From Macrostomum hystrix (taxonomy: Eukaryota; Animalia; Platyhelminthes), in NCBI GenBank assembly GCA_950097015.1, contig CATNEN010000041.1, forward strand, positions 372,001 to 436,000: a DNA stretch of 64,000 bases. Direction: 5' to 3'. The first letter of the stretch is position 1, and every line of letters begins with the position of its first letter. A model generated the notes under the pieces. That model was not told where the DNA came from, ran no database searches, and saw nothing but the letters and a program-made list of their open reading frames with translations. Positions 28,201-40,114 of this stretch are shown in pieces. The translations under genes and the position numbers were made by a program.

Positions 28201-28894
28201 AGTTGATTGCAACGGTGAGACAACACCGTCACCTCCGGTCAGAGCAGTTCGGGCAAACCTACCTCCCCCTCCTTGCACAGTCAGAAAACAGACAGTAAGG
28301 CAACGAGCAAGGAGTTGGGGTTGGGTAGCCGGCTCGCGGAATCATTTTGCAATTGCCTATTAAAATATTTCCTACATTATAAAAAAGTATAGTATGATGC
28401 ACAGCTACTACTGCAAGTAAAAGTACTAACAATTTCATTATAATACAACTTTTTACCACATATTTGTACCAACTATATTTACTGCTTTTATAACAACTTT
28501 GTTGTGTACCAACTGCTACTGGTAATACCACTAATACTAGGTAAAGTAGGTAGTATTCTTAGCCACAACTTACAACTAGTACGCATATATTAAATGATAT
28601 GATATCATGGGTTTTTTTTACGTTCAATTGAATTTTTTTCATTATCAAACATATAAACCATTTCGCGAAAGCTTATTTGTTATAATTTCATTAGACTTAA
28701 GGCAAACTAAATTTAGAAAAGAGGCGAAGAAACATAAAAAATATACAGCCTAAAAGTTAGGGAAACTTTGAGACAAAATTTAGTTTACGAAGGCCAGAAA
28801 TCAACAAAAGTCTTTCTTGTTGACTTTTTAAAAAATCACCGTGTTAAAAGCCAATGCGCATATCCAATGAATGTACTTTATGTACTTCACTCCG

Positions 28895-29625
28895 ATTGTA
28901 GAGAGGAACAAGCGGATTGTAGGGAGAAACAAGCGGATTGTAGGGAGAAACAAGCGGATTGTAGGGAGAAACAAGCGGATTGTAGGGAGAAACAAGCGGA
29001 TTGTAGAGAGGAATAAGCGGATTGTCGGGAGGAATAAGCGGATTGTAGGGAGAAACAAGCGGATTGTAGGGAGAAACAAGCGGATTGTAGGGAGAAACAA
29101 TCGGATTGTAGGGAGGAAGAAGCGGATTGTATGGAAGGAAGAAGCGGATTGTAGGTGGGAAGAAGCGGATTGTATGGAAGGAAGAAGGGGATTGTAGGTG
29201 GGAAGAAGCGGATTGTAGGAGAAAACAAGCGGATTGTAGGGAGAAACAAGCGGATTGTAGGGAGGAAAGAAGCGGATTGTAGGTGGGAAGAAGCGGATTG
29301 TAGGGAGAAACAAGCGGATTGTAGGGAGAAACAAGCGGATTGTAGCGAGGAAGAAGCAGGTTGTAGGGAGGAGGAAGCAGGTTGTAGGGAGGAGGAAGCA
29401 GGTTGTAGGGAGGAAGAAGCGGATTGTAGGGAGGAGGAAGCAGGTTGTAGGGAGGAGGAAGCAGGTTGTAGGGAGGAGGAAGCAGATTGTAAGGAGGAGG
29501 AAGCAGGTTGTAGGGAGGAGGAAGCGGATTGTAGGGAGGAAGAAGCGGATTGTAGGGAGGAAGAAGCGGATTGTAGGGAGGAAGAAGCGGATTGTAGGAG
29601 GAAGAAGCTGATTGTAGGGAGGAAG
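28895..29625. repeat. Minisatellite, 21-bp unit (aagcggattgtagggagaaac, drifting to aagcaggttgtagggaggagg), about 34 copies
   Basis: Direct inspection; the unit sequence drifts along the array. Confidence 0.93.
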
Positions 29626-30020
29626 AAGCGAGTAGTCGGGATTGCGAGAATTGTGGATTATAAAGAACAGAGTTTTCACTTTTATATATATAGATTAATC
29701 ACTTATAATCCGTCGATTTGATTTTAATCAGGCTTCATTGCAATCTGTGAATTTATTTTATTGCTAAGGCTTACAGAAATCTACCTGTGTAATCTAAAAG
29801 GTTCTTTCTGTCCTAAATGGATATCCTATATAAGGAAGTCTCGGATGATAAGCTAGGCCATTGTCACAAAGCAAGCGATAGTGAGCATGAGCAAGTTTCT
29901 GCTCGCGGCTCTGGGTGCCTCCCGAACAGAAGGAAGCAGCCCTAAAGTCTAAAACAAGCTTCCAGAGGAAGTTAAGGGTTGGCATGGCAACACGAAAGCG
30001 CAGCCAATCCGACAGGAGGC

Positions 30021-33000
30021 TTAGGCGCGCACCAGTCGAGAAGCCCGGGGGCGGGCGCGTCGGCTGTTGCTGCCGGTCTGATTCTGACTGCCCGCCGTAG
30101 CGGCAGCGCTGCCCTTTGAGAACTCATCGTCAGCTTTGCCATCAGCCAGCGATTCCTCATCGTCCAGCAGCCCGCGCCTCCAGATGATGACGGCCACGTC
30201 GGGCGACAGCGACAGCAGCGACACCGTCGGAATGAGCAGCCAGACGGACGGCTGGCAGTGCAGCTCGAAAAACATCCAGAAAAAGGCGAAGTTCTCCTCG
30301 AAAATATGCGTGACCGACGAGTTGTAGAAACTGATCTGGGAGGGAGACAATGGCCCCGAGGACAAAGTCAGAAGACTTCGATGGTGACTTTCAGTATAAT
30401 GTCAGGCCAAGCCTTATGGAACTGCTCGCTTGTTGCCCTAGCAACGCCACGAAATCCCATTTTGGTGGTCAGGGATTCCACCAGCTCAATTCTACTAGAC
30501 AGACTCCGATCTATCAATAGTTTTGTTTTGCGAGCTACAAACCTGACAAGCCTTTGGTATAGCCGGAGCTAATCTGATCAGTGAGAATTGCGGCCGCACA
30601 TTTGGGCACTGGGGTCTCATGGAGCTTCTTGCCAACTGGCCCGACCCAACAACACATTCCGTGGGATTTGGAGGCACCGTCACTATCGGGACGTCTATTT
30701 TTGCTTCAGAAACTCAAAAGACCTGAAGCACAGCAGAGCACGCAGCCTACCAGCACTGGTAGCTCATCAGCGACACAGGAAGCTGAACAGAACGATGACG
30801 TGACAGAAGTGGGTGCACATCAGCAGCTTGACGTGTACCACAATCACCAGACATTCCACTACCAGGGTGCCCAGCGCACTCTGCCCGAAGCCGGTGATGC
30901 CCGGCCTGCGATGTCGTTGTTAGACCAGAACACGGCCGCGTTGGCGTAGAAGCAGACCAGGCTGTGCCAGACGGCAGCAATTAGCCAGGCGAAGAACAGG
31001 CGCCAGGAAAGCGACTCGGCTGCCTTGGTGGAGGCGTACAGGCGGGGCTCGCGGTAGAGACGCGGCCTTGGCAGGTGCTGCTCGAAGATACCGTAGATTA
31101 GTATGGGCAAAGCGGTCATGCACGCGTTTGTAGGCCGCTATGTAGAAGGAGTCATACAGGCTGATCAGGCTGAAGCCGGTGTAAAACGAGTAATAAAACT
31201 GGGGCAGCGTGAAAGCGATGTTCTTGTATAGAAAGTACTTGATTAGCATGCTGAGCCGGTAGTAGAACAGATGGCCATGAAACAGCAGCAGCTTGCGAAG
31301 GAAGCGGAATCTGCAATCAGAAATTCAGATGTTCTACAGGAAAAAAAGCATTCCTTTGAAGCGGGTCATTTTTTAAGAGAATTCATCCGCCTCTTGTCTC
31401 CTAGCTCACATTGGCTGGACAGTCGTTCACTTTTCAAATCTCTTCCTCGTTCTCTATCATCACGCGGCGGTGATTGGCCGGAGTGTTTGGACTGGTTTGG
31501 GGTGGTCATGGGGTTGTGGTGGCTGCTTGAGCGCTACGCTCGTGCGCTGCCGCTTTTCAAAGTAATTGGTGTGCAAATATGAGACAAGTCTTGTGCTATT
31601 CTTCTATCAACTTTCACCTGCATTCTCTGTAGGTAAACCTTGTAAATGATTTAAAGCCACAAAAAGCTTGACTACACATATTCAAGCAATTCAAGTTGTC
31701 ACAGACACACAGGAGACCCAACCTGCCCATGCAGTAGTCTGAGTTAAGCGCAGCCGCACGGCCCTCTTTCCCGTAGAGGCCAACGCCCACGTGGGCCTCC
31801 TTGATCATGCTGACGTCATTAGCGCCGTCGCCGATGGCACAGGTGACCAGCGGCCAGCGGCCGGCGGCTTCGGCGGCGAGCTTCACTGCGGCCACGGTGC
31901 GCGACTTCTGCAGCGGCGTGCAGCGGCAGCAGAGCACCGCCGGGCTGTTGTTGGCCAGGCGTAGAAATCGCAGGGCAGAGGTCGCGGTCGTCAGCCCAGT
32001 CGGTCAGCAGCTGCAGAGAGTCGCCATCGAGCACCAGGCAATAACCGGACGTCACCGGGTCCGGACCTTGCCGCGGTCTCCTCTGCGGCGGAGACAGCGG
32101 AGACAACAGCATCGCGGTTGCGGCAGCCGATGATGCGGATGCGGGGCATACCGATTGTCGCGTGACCGGCTGCCAGGCTGATGTTTTCGGCAGTTTCCAT
32201 CTGCGTCAGATTTAGCGGTTAGCGAACTCAAGGAAAATCTTTCAACAAGCAATAAACTGATTGATTCCCCTTCCAACTCACCTTGTCTCCAGTCAGGATC
32301 CAGACACGAATGCCGGCCTTTCGAAGGTCGTGGATGCACTCGGTCACGCCAGCCTGCAGCTGGTCCTCCACCGCCGTGCAGCCGAGCAGATGAAGGCCAT
32401 TCTCGACCGCATCCGCCACCTGCGACAAGCGGCTTTCCCGGTCGGTCAGGCTGGCCGAAGCGGCGTGCAGCTGCGCCGCAATGTCTCTGGTCTCCGCCTG
32501 CGTGAGCTGCTTCCGGGCGACAGCCAGCACGCGGAGGCCTTCGGCGCAGAAGTCGGCGACGTGCTTGACAGTTTGCTCCTGGCTGCCGCTGATGCAGCGT
32601 GGCAGAATGGCCATATCAGCACCCTTGGTGATGAGCCAGGCCACGCCAAACGGGTCCGTGACGACCACTGACATGCGCCTGCGGTCTGAGTCGAAATCTA
32701 ATACGTGAAGCAGCTGCGGTGGTGGCGGGTTGCGGCAGATTTTGCAGTGTCAGTGTCTGCAGTCTCAAAGACTTACCGTGTCAATCAAGTCAATGCCTGA
32801 CATGTCAATTCAGTACCTTTTCATCAGTAAAAATTGTCAAACCAGTGCTCTCTTACCTCGTAGGACACGCTTCGCCCGCCGACAGTGACCGTCAAACGCT
32901 TGTCAGTTTGTCCCCTGAAGATGGACGCCCAACTTCTTGCAGCCGTCGAGCAGCGCCTTCTCGTCAGGCGAGCTAGCGTAATACATCAGACGGCCGCTAT

Positions 33001-34441
33001 TCACCGAATGTTCAGCCCGAGCGGTGTGACACAGGGCCAGGTGCGCGAGGAACTCCTGCTGTGCCGCTCCCAGCTGCGGCATGCTGTTCTGGGTGGCAAT
33101 CAGTGAACTACCCTTCAGGAAGTACTTCACACCGGCAATGGAGCAGCCGCGGAAGGTCATTATGTTCTCCGTCAAGGTGCCGGTCTTGTCGCAGAACAAA
33201 TGATCAACAATGCCAAGCTCCTCGATGATTTCGGAGGTGTTTGACTTGGCCCAATTGCTCTGGTCATCGTCTGACATCCAGTTAAACATCTCCAGGTCGT
33301 GGTCGATGAACATGGAGCAGAAGAACTTCTGCACCTCGATGGTGACCAGCATGGAGATGGGGATGATGGATTGTAGGAGGATGAAGGCGTTCAGCGCAGC
33401 CTGCATTTTGAATCTATTTAGCTCGCCAGGAAGGAACAGGCGTTTGCGATGGGCTTCATGCGAGCAGCGATGACGCTGCCGATCAGCAGCAGGGCGATGA
33501 GCAGCAGCAGCACGCCAATCAGTACCAGTACGAAGCTGTTCAGCCGGGAGTCAACCACCGACCTCTTGGTCCGCGAGCCCCGGGAGTTCAGGCCCACCTT
33601 GGTCTCCGAGCCGGTGAAGATGGCCAATCCGTACGCGAAGCTGGTGTTGCGCAGCACGGCTCCGCGGAGCAGCAAGTTGCTGGCATTCAGCGGTATCGAC
33701 TCCTTGGCGTGCGGCTTCACCAGGTGCAGCATGCCCGCGAAGCTGTACAGGTTCGGCTTGGGCTGCTCGCAGACCACTTTGCCCAGCAGGTCGTGGCACA
33801 GACTCCCGGCATTTCCGCAGCTGCTTGGTGGCTTCCGCGGCCCAGAAGGTCTTAAGATTGGTCTCGCCGTCCAGGTTGGCGGTGGTGACGAGGCACTCGC
33901 CGGAGTGCTGCGAGCTGGACAGAAGCAGCATGTCGCACGGGAAGCTCTCGTTGCAGAACACCTTCACCAGGTCGCCCACGTGCAGCTGCTCAGAGTTCAC
34001 CAGCTGGCTCTCGCCGTTGCGCACCACCCACACCTGGGTCTTGTTCACCTTGCGGTCCTCCAGGTGTCGCAGCAAGTCCTCGTAACCCTGCTTGACCATG
34101 GTGACAAGAATAACGAAGGTAAGCGGCAAGATGGAGGCCATCTCGCTAACTGGTGTGTCGGTGGATAGCTGGATGATGCAGGCAGTCAGGAAGAAGAGGT
34201 TTGGCAGGCGGCTGAACTGTTCCAGCAGGTTCAGCGGCAGGAAGGTGACGATGCTGTAGCGAGCGGTACAGACCGAGTTGCTGCGGAAGCTCTCCAATTG
34301 GCCGATGGTCGGCTGGCCGTCCGAGCTGGGATGGTCGAAGTTGCGGTGGTTGATGTACACAGTGCGCAGCTCCGGCCGCTGCGACTGGCAGGTCAGTTTC
34401 GGCCGGATGGCCTCCCACAGGGTTTCCAGCAGGCTGGCCAT
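30021..34441 (-). CDS. P4-type ATPase (phospholipid flippase, ATP11-like). Approximate exons 32857-34441, 32282-32713, 31723-32200, 30751-31310, 30021-30335; at least 7 single-base frameshifts
   Basis: ANLDGETNLK, CEQP.PNLYSF, LLLRG..LRNT, IIPISM.VT.E, FCDKTGTLTEN, Y.ASSPDEKAL, FDSDRRRMSV, KGAD, TAVEDQLQ, VWILTGDK, LCCRCTPLQK, AIGDGANDVSMI, FLYKN. GT-AG introns were located between the frames. Confidence 0.9.
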
Positions 34442-35063
34442 CGAGAGGCCGGTCTAGCGGGCTTTGAGTCTAAGAGCAATTCTCAACTAGCCAGCATGGC
34501 CATCAGATTGCCGACACTCCTTGATTCCTAAAATGTAGTGCTATGATAATCATTCCAAAATTAAAATACTGCTCTATTCAGATCAGAGTTTGCCATAGAC
34601 AATAATGGAGACGCACTCGGGGTAGCCAACGTTTCTAACGCGCATTTCCTTGCTTAGAAGGCGTTCCTTAGCCAGTAAGCATTCCATGGATGCTGCGTAG
34701 GCTGACACAGGCTCGCTGCGTTCTTCTCTCAATAAAATATTTCTCCTCATATCGGCACTCATTCCGGCTACTCAGGAAATACTGCATCAACAATTCAATT
34801 CTTCAACCCACTCAGTCACGCCTACCTTCCCACTCACCCTGCCTTTCTACCCACTCACTCTGCCCTTCTACCCACAAATTCTCGCATTGGATGGTGGCTA
34901 CAAATGTTTTTCTACCCCCCCGCCCCACCAAGCACAGCAATTTTGAGGAGGGCCTCTGTTGCTACTGCACAGCTCTGCGCTGCAGAAGAATAGTCAAAAT
35001 TGTTTTTAATGTCCTGTGAAAAGAGGCGAAAAATCAGAAGCTGCATTTTTTCGCCAAAACTAT

Positions 35064-37950
35064 ATGGCGACTGTCGACTCAATTCAGAAACAACTTGCCG
35101 CCGCTCTCGAGGCCGGTGACACCGACAGGTTGCAGCAGCTCTGCAGCAGGCTCGATGCCAACCTCACAATCACCGTGGGCGGCTATAAAAATGGCCACTA
35201 CACCGCGTCTGTGGCTCACCATGTGGCTTACAAAGCTAAAAACCCGGAGTGCCTGAAAAGCTGGTCGAGATACTCGGACCTGAGTGCCTCACGTGTGTAG
35301 ACACTGACGAAACACTCCTGCTCATTGTGCGGCGGTGGCACAAGACGCCTCATGTGTGGAGCTCATTTTCAATGCTCTCGACGGTGACAGCTTCCAGCGG
35401 AAAAACCGGCTTCAAAGAACCATCCTTCACTGTGCCGCGGAGAATGCGACCTGCAATTCCGCTCTAAAGTGGCTCGTCGAAAAGTTTGGACGTGACGCAC
35501 TCACAGCCACGGATGAATTCGGCGACACACCTGTCCACCTCGCCGCACGGAAGCAGAGCTCAGACTCCATGATATTCATCGAGAAACAGCTGGGAAAAGG
35601 TTGCTTCCATCAGCGCGGACAACACCAGCGCACTGCGGTGCACTGTGCAGCGATGAACACTCTGAGCAATTCGTCACTCGAGTGGCTCGTCAAAAATCGC
35701 GGAAAAGACACCCTTCTAGTGACTGACAGATTCGGCGACACGCCAGTTCATCTTGCTGCTCAGTTTCAGGGTTCTGAGTCGATGAGATTCATCAAGACAC
35801 AACTTGGCTCTTACTGCTTTTACGAAAAAGGCCGGTTGCAACGCACTGCCGTTCACTGTGCGGCGATAAATGCGGCTGACCGCTCCGCTCTGCTGTGGCT
35901 CATCGAAGAGTGCGGGGACTATGTCCTCTTGCAGGTTGACGAGCAAAGCAACACGGCCGTCCATCTTGCCGCAGCATACCAAGACTCGGAAACAATGCAG
36001 TTTATTAGCGCAAGGCTTGGGCTCGACTGCTTTTATCGAACGGGACAATGCCAGCGCACTGCGGTGCACATGGCAGCCATGAATACTGTCAGCAATTCCG
36101 CTTTTAAGTTCCTGGTGACCTGTGCGGACCGAGGTCCCTCACCCAGAGCGACACAAATGGAAACTCTCCGGTCCACTCCTTTCCCGCAATGCGACAGGGC
36201 TCGGACTCGATGCAGTTCATCAAGGCGAAGCTGGGAGACGACTGCTTCCTACAGCAGGGCAAGAACCAGCAAACCGCTGTTCACATGGCCGCCAATAATC
36301 AAGTCAGCGGTTCCGCCTTGCAATGGTTCGCTAATGAACTTAGCCCGACATGTTTTCTAGAAAAGGACAGTCAAGGTCGAACCCCTGTTCATCTGGCGGC
36401 TCAGCCACCAGGGCCCTGGAATCGCTGCGCCTCATCTGGGACCGCTTGGGCGACTGCACTATCGAGCTGGAGGACGCTTACAAAAGGTCGGTGACGGACT
36501 AACGCGCGAAATAACAAAAAGCACGGAGCTGAGATTCAGCAGTGGATCACCGAGCAACGGGAAGAGCTGGACAGGCGAAGGCAGGAGAGCGAGATGGGCG
36601 TCTCTCCTATGCACCCTTCGTCGCCTTCTTTCTGTGAGACGTGAGTGCTTCCGGTAAACTATGCAATGAAGTTTTTAATCACTCTTCCATGTAACCCCGA
36701 AATTGACTGGCAGAGCACGAAGGCGTCCAAACTCTGCCACCGAAGTCCCCGAGCTCGAATCAATGGCGGGCCTAATCTTATCAGGGGTTGCAGCCGCCGC
36801 GTGAAATCTCGGGGGCTCGTCGCGTAATTTGCGTCGACGAAAGCCTAAAGCACAATGAGAGTGTACACTGCCGAACGATGAGAAATGAAGAGCAGATGTT
36901 TCACGCCTGTGGGAGTGTGCCTGTGGTTGTATTCATGTGCTTGAGTGTATTCATTCACGGGTCGGGGCTCTGGGGTACGTTGAAGGCATGAAAGCAGGAC
37001 CCTTCCTCCTTCATTTCAGAGTTCAGCCCTCGTTGCTGGATCCCGGCTTCACTCGTTGGGATTATCTCAAGAACTCAAATGGTCAGAGGCAGTTCCTTGG
37101 CAGTGGAGGTTTCGGCGCCGTGTACAAGCATTCACTGACAAGCACCAGACTGTGGCAGTCAAAGTGATTCGGACCGACTTCAGCAGCGACCCCGCTCGCT
37201 CGGAGAAAATCATTAAACAGGAGATGAAAGGCATTGGCATCCTCAGGAGCATCAGGCACAACAATGTCGTGCAGTTTCTGAAGTCGGAAACCACATTGGA
37301 AAATGAGTTCTGCATCTTCATGGAGCTCGTCGCGGGTCACAGCCTCTCTGACCTGATGAGGCAGCAAGGCAAGCCGTTCAGCGAAAATTCTGTCAAGAGC
37401 TTCTCTAAACAGGTAAGTTGCTTCCGCAAGTGGCTGGTTCAACGGACAATACCAGCTCAAAATTGAAATTGTAGATCTGCTCAACACTTAACTTTCTGCA
37501 CTGTCGCAAACCGGCCATTGTGCACAGAGACATCAAGTGCTCAAACATCATGCTCACTAACGAAGGTGTCATCAAGCTTATCGATTTTGGCCTCGCTAAG
37601 GAAATCGTCACAACCACAAAGGGCCACAGCTGTTGCACTGAGGGAACGATTCACTTCATGGCTCCGGAGCTGCTGGACCTCTGAAGATGGCCGGCTGATG
37701 TACACTCCAAAGACAGACGTCTGGGCGTTCGGCTGCACCGTGTTCGAGATGCTGGACATGAAGCCCCCGAACAGTCACGTGTTCTGGACGCGGATCCCAC
37801 ACCGGGTGACGACTCAAGGGATGCCACAGCTTCCAGCGGGTGCGTCCAGCAGGCTGATTCTCATTTTATCAACGCTGCATCGCCATGGAGCCGGCAGAGC
37901 GGGCGGACACAACAGAGCTTCTGCGACACGACTTCCTGCAGGTCCAGTGA
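35064..37950 (+). CDS. Ankyrin-repeat (about 12 repeats) plus STE/MAP3K-like Ser/Thr kinase. Exons about 35064-36640, 37020-37412, 37475-37950; several frameshifts
   Basis: Repeated TPVHLAA/TAVHCAA ankyrin motifs. Kinase motifs [52 protein letters not shown]. The phase-2 junction (ac|gtgagt...tttcag|a) joins the ankyrin and kinase parts. Confidence 0.85.
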
Positions 37951-38276
37951 TGCAGGCTTGGCTGCACTCGCGTCTTTTCATGCACTTTTGATCCATGCCC
38001 GGATAATGAGAAATAATTTTATATTTCATCATCCTTTTGAAATGAGATTGTGTCTGCCCGATTGTTTAAGGGACAAATGCAGTGGAGAATTTGCCCTCTA
38101 TGGAAAGGCTACATTTGATGTCTGCTCTTCTTGTATACGTTCTTTTCGATTTTTGTAAAACATTCGATCTTTCTTATACAGCTCATCAATGGGTGTGCTT
38201 TTATTTTTTCTGTCAATAATCTACAAGTATATAACAGTGGAAATTTCTCTTGGCAGGGTCTTCGATATCAACACTG

Positions 38277-38536
38277 CATAGTAAACCTGTTAGACATATA
38301 GTAATCCTGTTAGACATATAGTAATCCTGTTAGACATATAGTAAACCTGTTAGACATATAGTAATCCTGTTAGACATATAGTAAACCTGTTAGACATATA
38401 GTAATCCTGTTAGACATATAGTAATCCTGTTAGACATATAGTAATCCTGTTAGACATATAGTAATCCTGTTAGACATATAGTAATCCTGTTAGGACATAT
38501 AGTAATCCTGTTAGACATATAGTAATCCTGTTAGAC
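38277..38536. repeat. Minisatellite, 20-bp unit (gtaatcctgttagacatata), about 13 copies
   Basis: Direct inspection. Confidence 0.93.
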
Positions 38537-39027
38537 GCGCACTAAACTTGTTGGACACGCACTAAGCGTTTTAGACACACCGTACGCACTATTCGATAAT
38601 GAAATAAATGACCAGATAAATAAAGAAGAATGCGCGAATTGTGTTCTAGCCTCTATGACTGTGTGAACCACTGCCTTTATACTCGTAGTAGTAGTGGCTT
38701 TGTACAGTTTTTTTTCAAACCACTGCTTGCTCAGGTTGAGGCAGCTGCGTCTGGGTGTGAGCGCTTTAAAACGAGTTCATTCCGCTGCTGGCACAGCCAG
38801 TTTTTGCTGGTTCAACCCAGGACTGCATTAAGAACATTAGAGAATTTCTGCTGTCATGATGGGGCTTTCTTTAGAGAAATATTGCCCGCGGGTTTCTAAT
38901 AAGAAGAAGGGCTTCATACAGTTCAGTGAGGTTTGTGCATTTTTGTCCAATAAAACAGAGGTTTTACAGAAGTAAGTAACAAGCTTAGCTTCATATAATT
39001 ATAATTATATTTGATTACACCTGCCCC

Positions 39028-39280
39028 AATTGGGTCAGATGTGCAGCAGACAGCACAGCCGCAGCTATTGCGCGGCGCATCTGAAGGCTGCGTACAGCTG
39101 TTCAGTCCATGGACTCGGGGGACGCCACACCCACCTGGTACCCATTTAACAGCTGGGTTAACTAAAGCAATGCAGATTTAAGTATCTTGCTAAAGGACAC
39201 AAATTGTTCCAGTGGAGTCGGGAATCGAACCCCCGACCTTCAAGTCGTGAGTCCGACGCCCTAACCACTAGGCTACAACC
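39028..39280 (-). mobile_element. tRNA-derived SINE, younger copy with intact Pol III boxes
   Basis: Minus-strand head GGTTGTAGCCTAGTGGTTAGGGCGTCGGACTCACGACTTGAAGGTCGGGGGTTCGATTCCCGACTCC (A box and B box GGTTCGATTCC). It is followed by tgtgtcctttagcaagatacttaa...cccagctgttaaatgggtacc, a conserved-type SINE central domain. A second copy is in the window. Confidence 0.85.
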
Positions 39281-40114
39281 TCTTAGCTTCATGGAGTAGA
39301 GTATTTGATTTTCATCTAAGAACCGATTGCATAGTTAACTCGTATCAGACGAAAGTCTTGCTGGTTTGAGTCCCCAATTCAAAAGGGTGCAGATTCCTAT
39401 CCCACCGCTGCCACCATGTTGCATTCTCGATGAGCAGTAATTAAGTAAATAATGAGGTCAGAAAATGAGTTTAGAGATCAGAGGATACGGGACACGATAA
39501 GGCGGGACAGAATGCGTGGATCGATCGTTAAACATCCTGAGTGGCAGGAAAATAGTTGATATTTTATAACTAACTAATAGTTAATATAGTTACTGGCTGA
39601 TAAAAAATGGTGACTGGCAGATGCCCCTATTTCTGTATAGCAGCAATCAAATGCTTGTGGAATCAATCAGAGATTAAAATAGAAATGCGGAACTGTCTGA
39701 TTGTCGCATCACCGATGACGGAAATTGTGCGGGGGGTGAAGAAGGCGGCAACTTTCTTTCAAATGCATCTTTCCTGTCCGCTCCTAAACCGGATCTGCGC
39801 AGAAAACTTCCAAATCTCCGCCAGTCCTTGCGTTCGCCTTTTCCTCCAGCCAGTGCCTCCTAAACACTAGGAAAATCCGCGCAACAGCTGCCTGGCGCCA
39901 GAACTGCAGTCTTCGCACTTTTCCCAGCCCTTCCCGGCCCAGATCCCCACCGCCTGATCCCAAAATGGGAGGATTTGTGCGCCAGCTGCACTTTTCTGCA
40001 CCCCCACTCGTCCCCTGCCTATTATCAAACACAGAGAGTGCCTTGGCGCCCCGTAAGCACTTCCCTGCGCTTCCTGATCCCTTAAATACCCTCTGGCCGC
40101 AGTGACTTCGGCAG

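Noticed and set aside
28828-29721. EEEADCR-repeat and FLPTIR-repeat ORFs
   Set aside because: They are products of a stop-free 21-bp repeat, open on both strands, with no splice or domain support.
39210-39280. tRNA gene
   Set aside because: The anticodon and acceptor stems pair poorly, and the sequence continues into a SINE body shared with a second copy.
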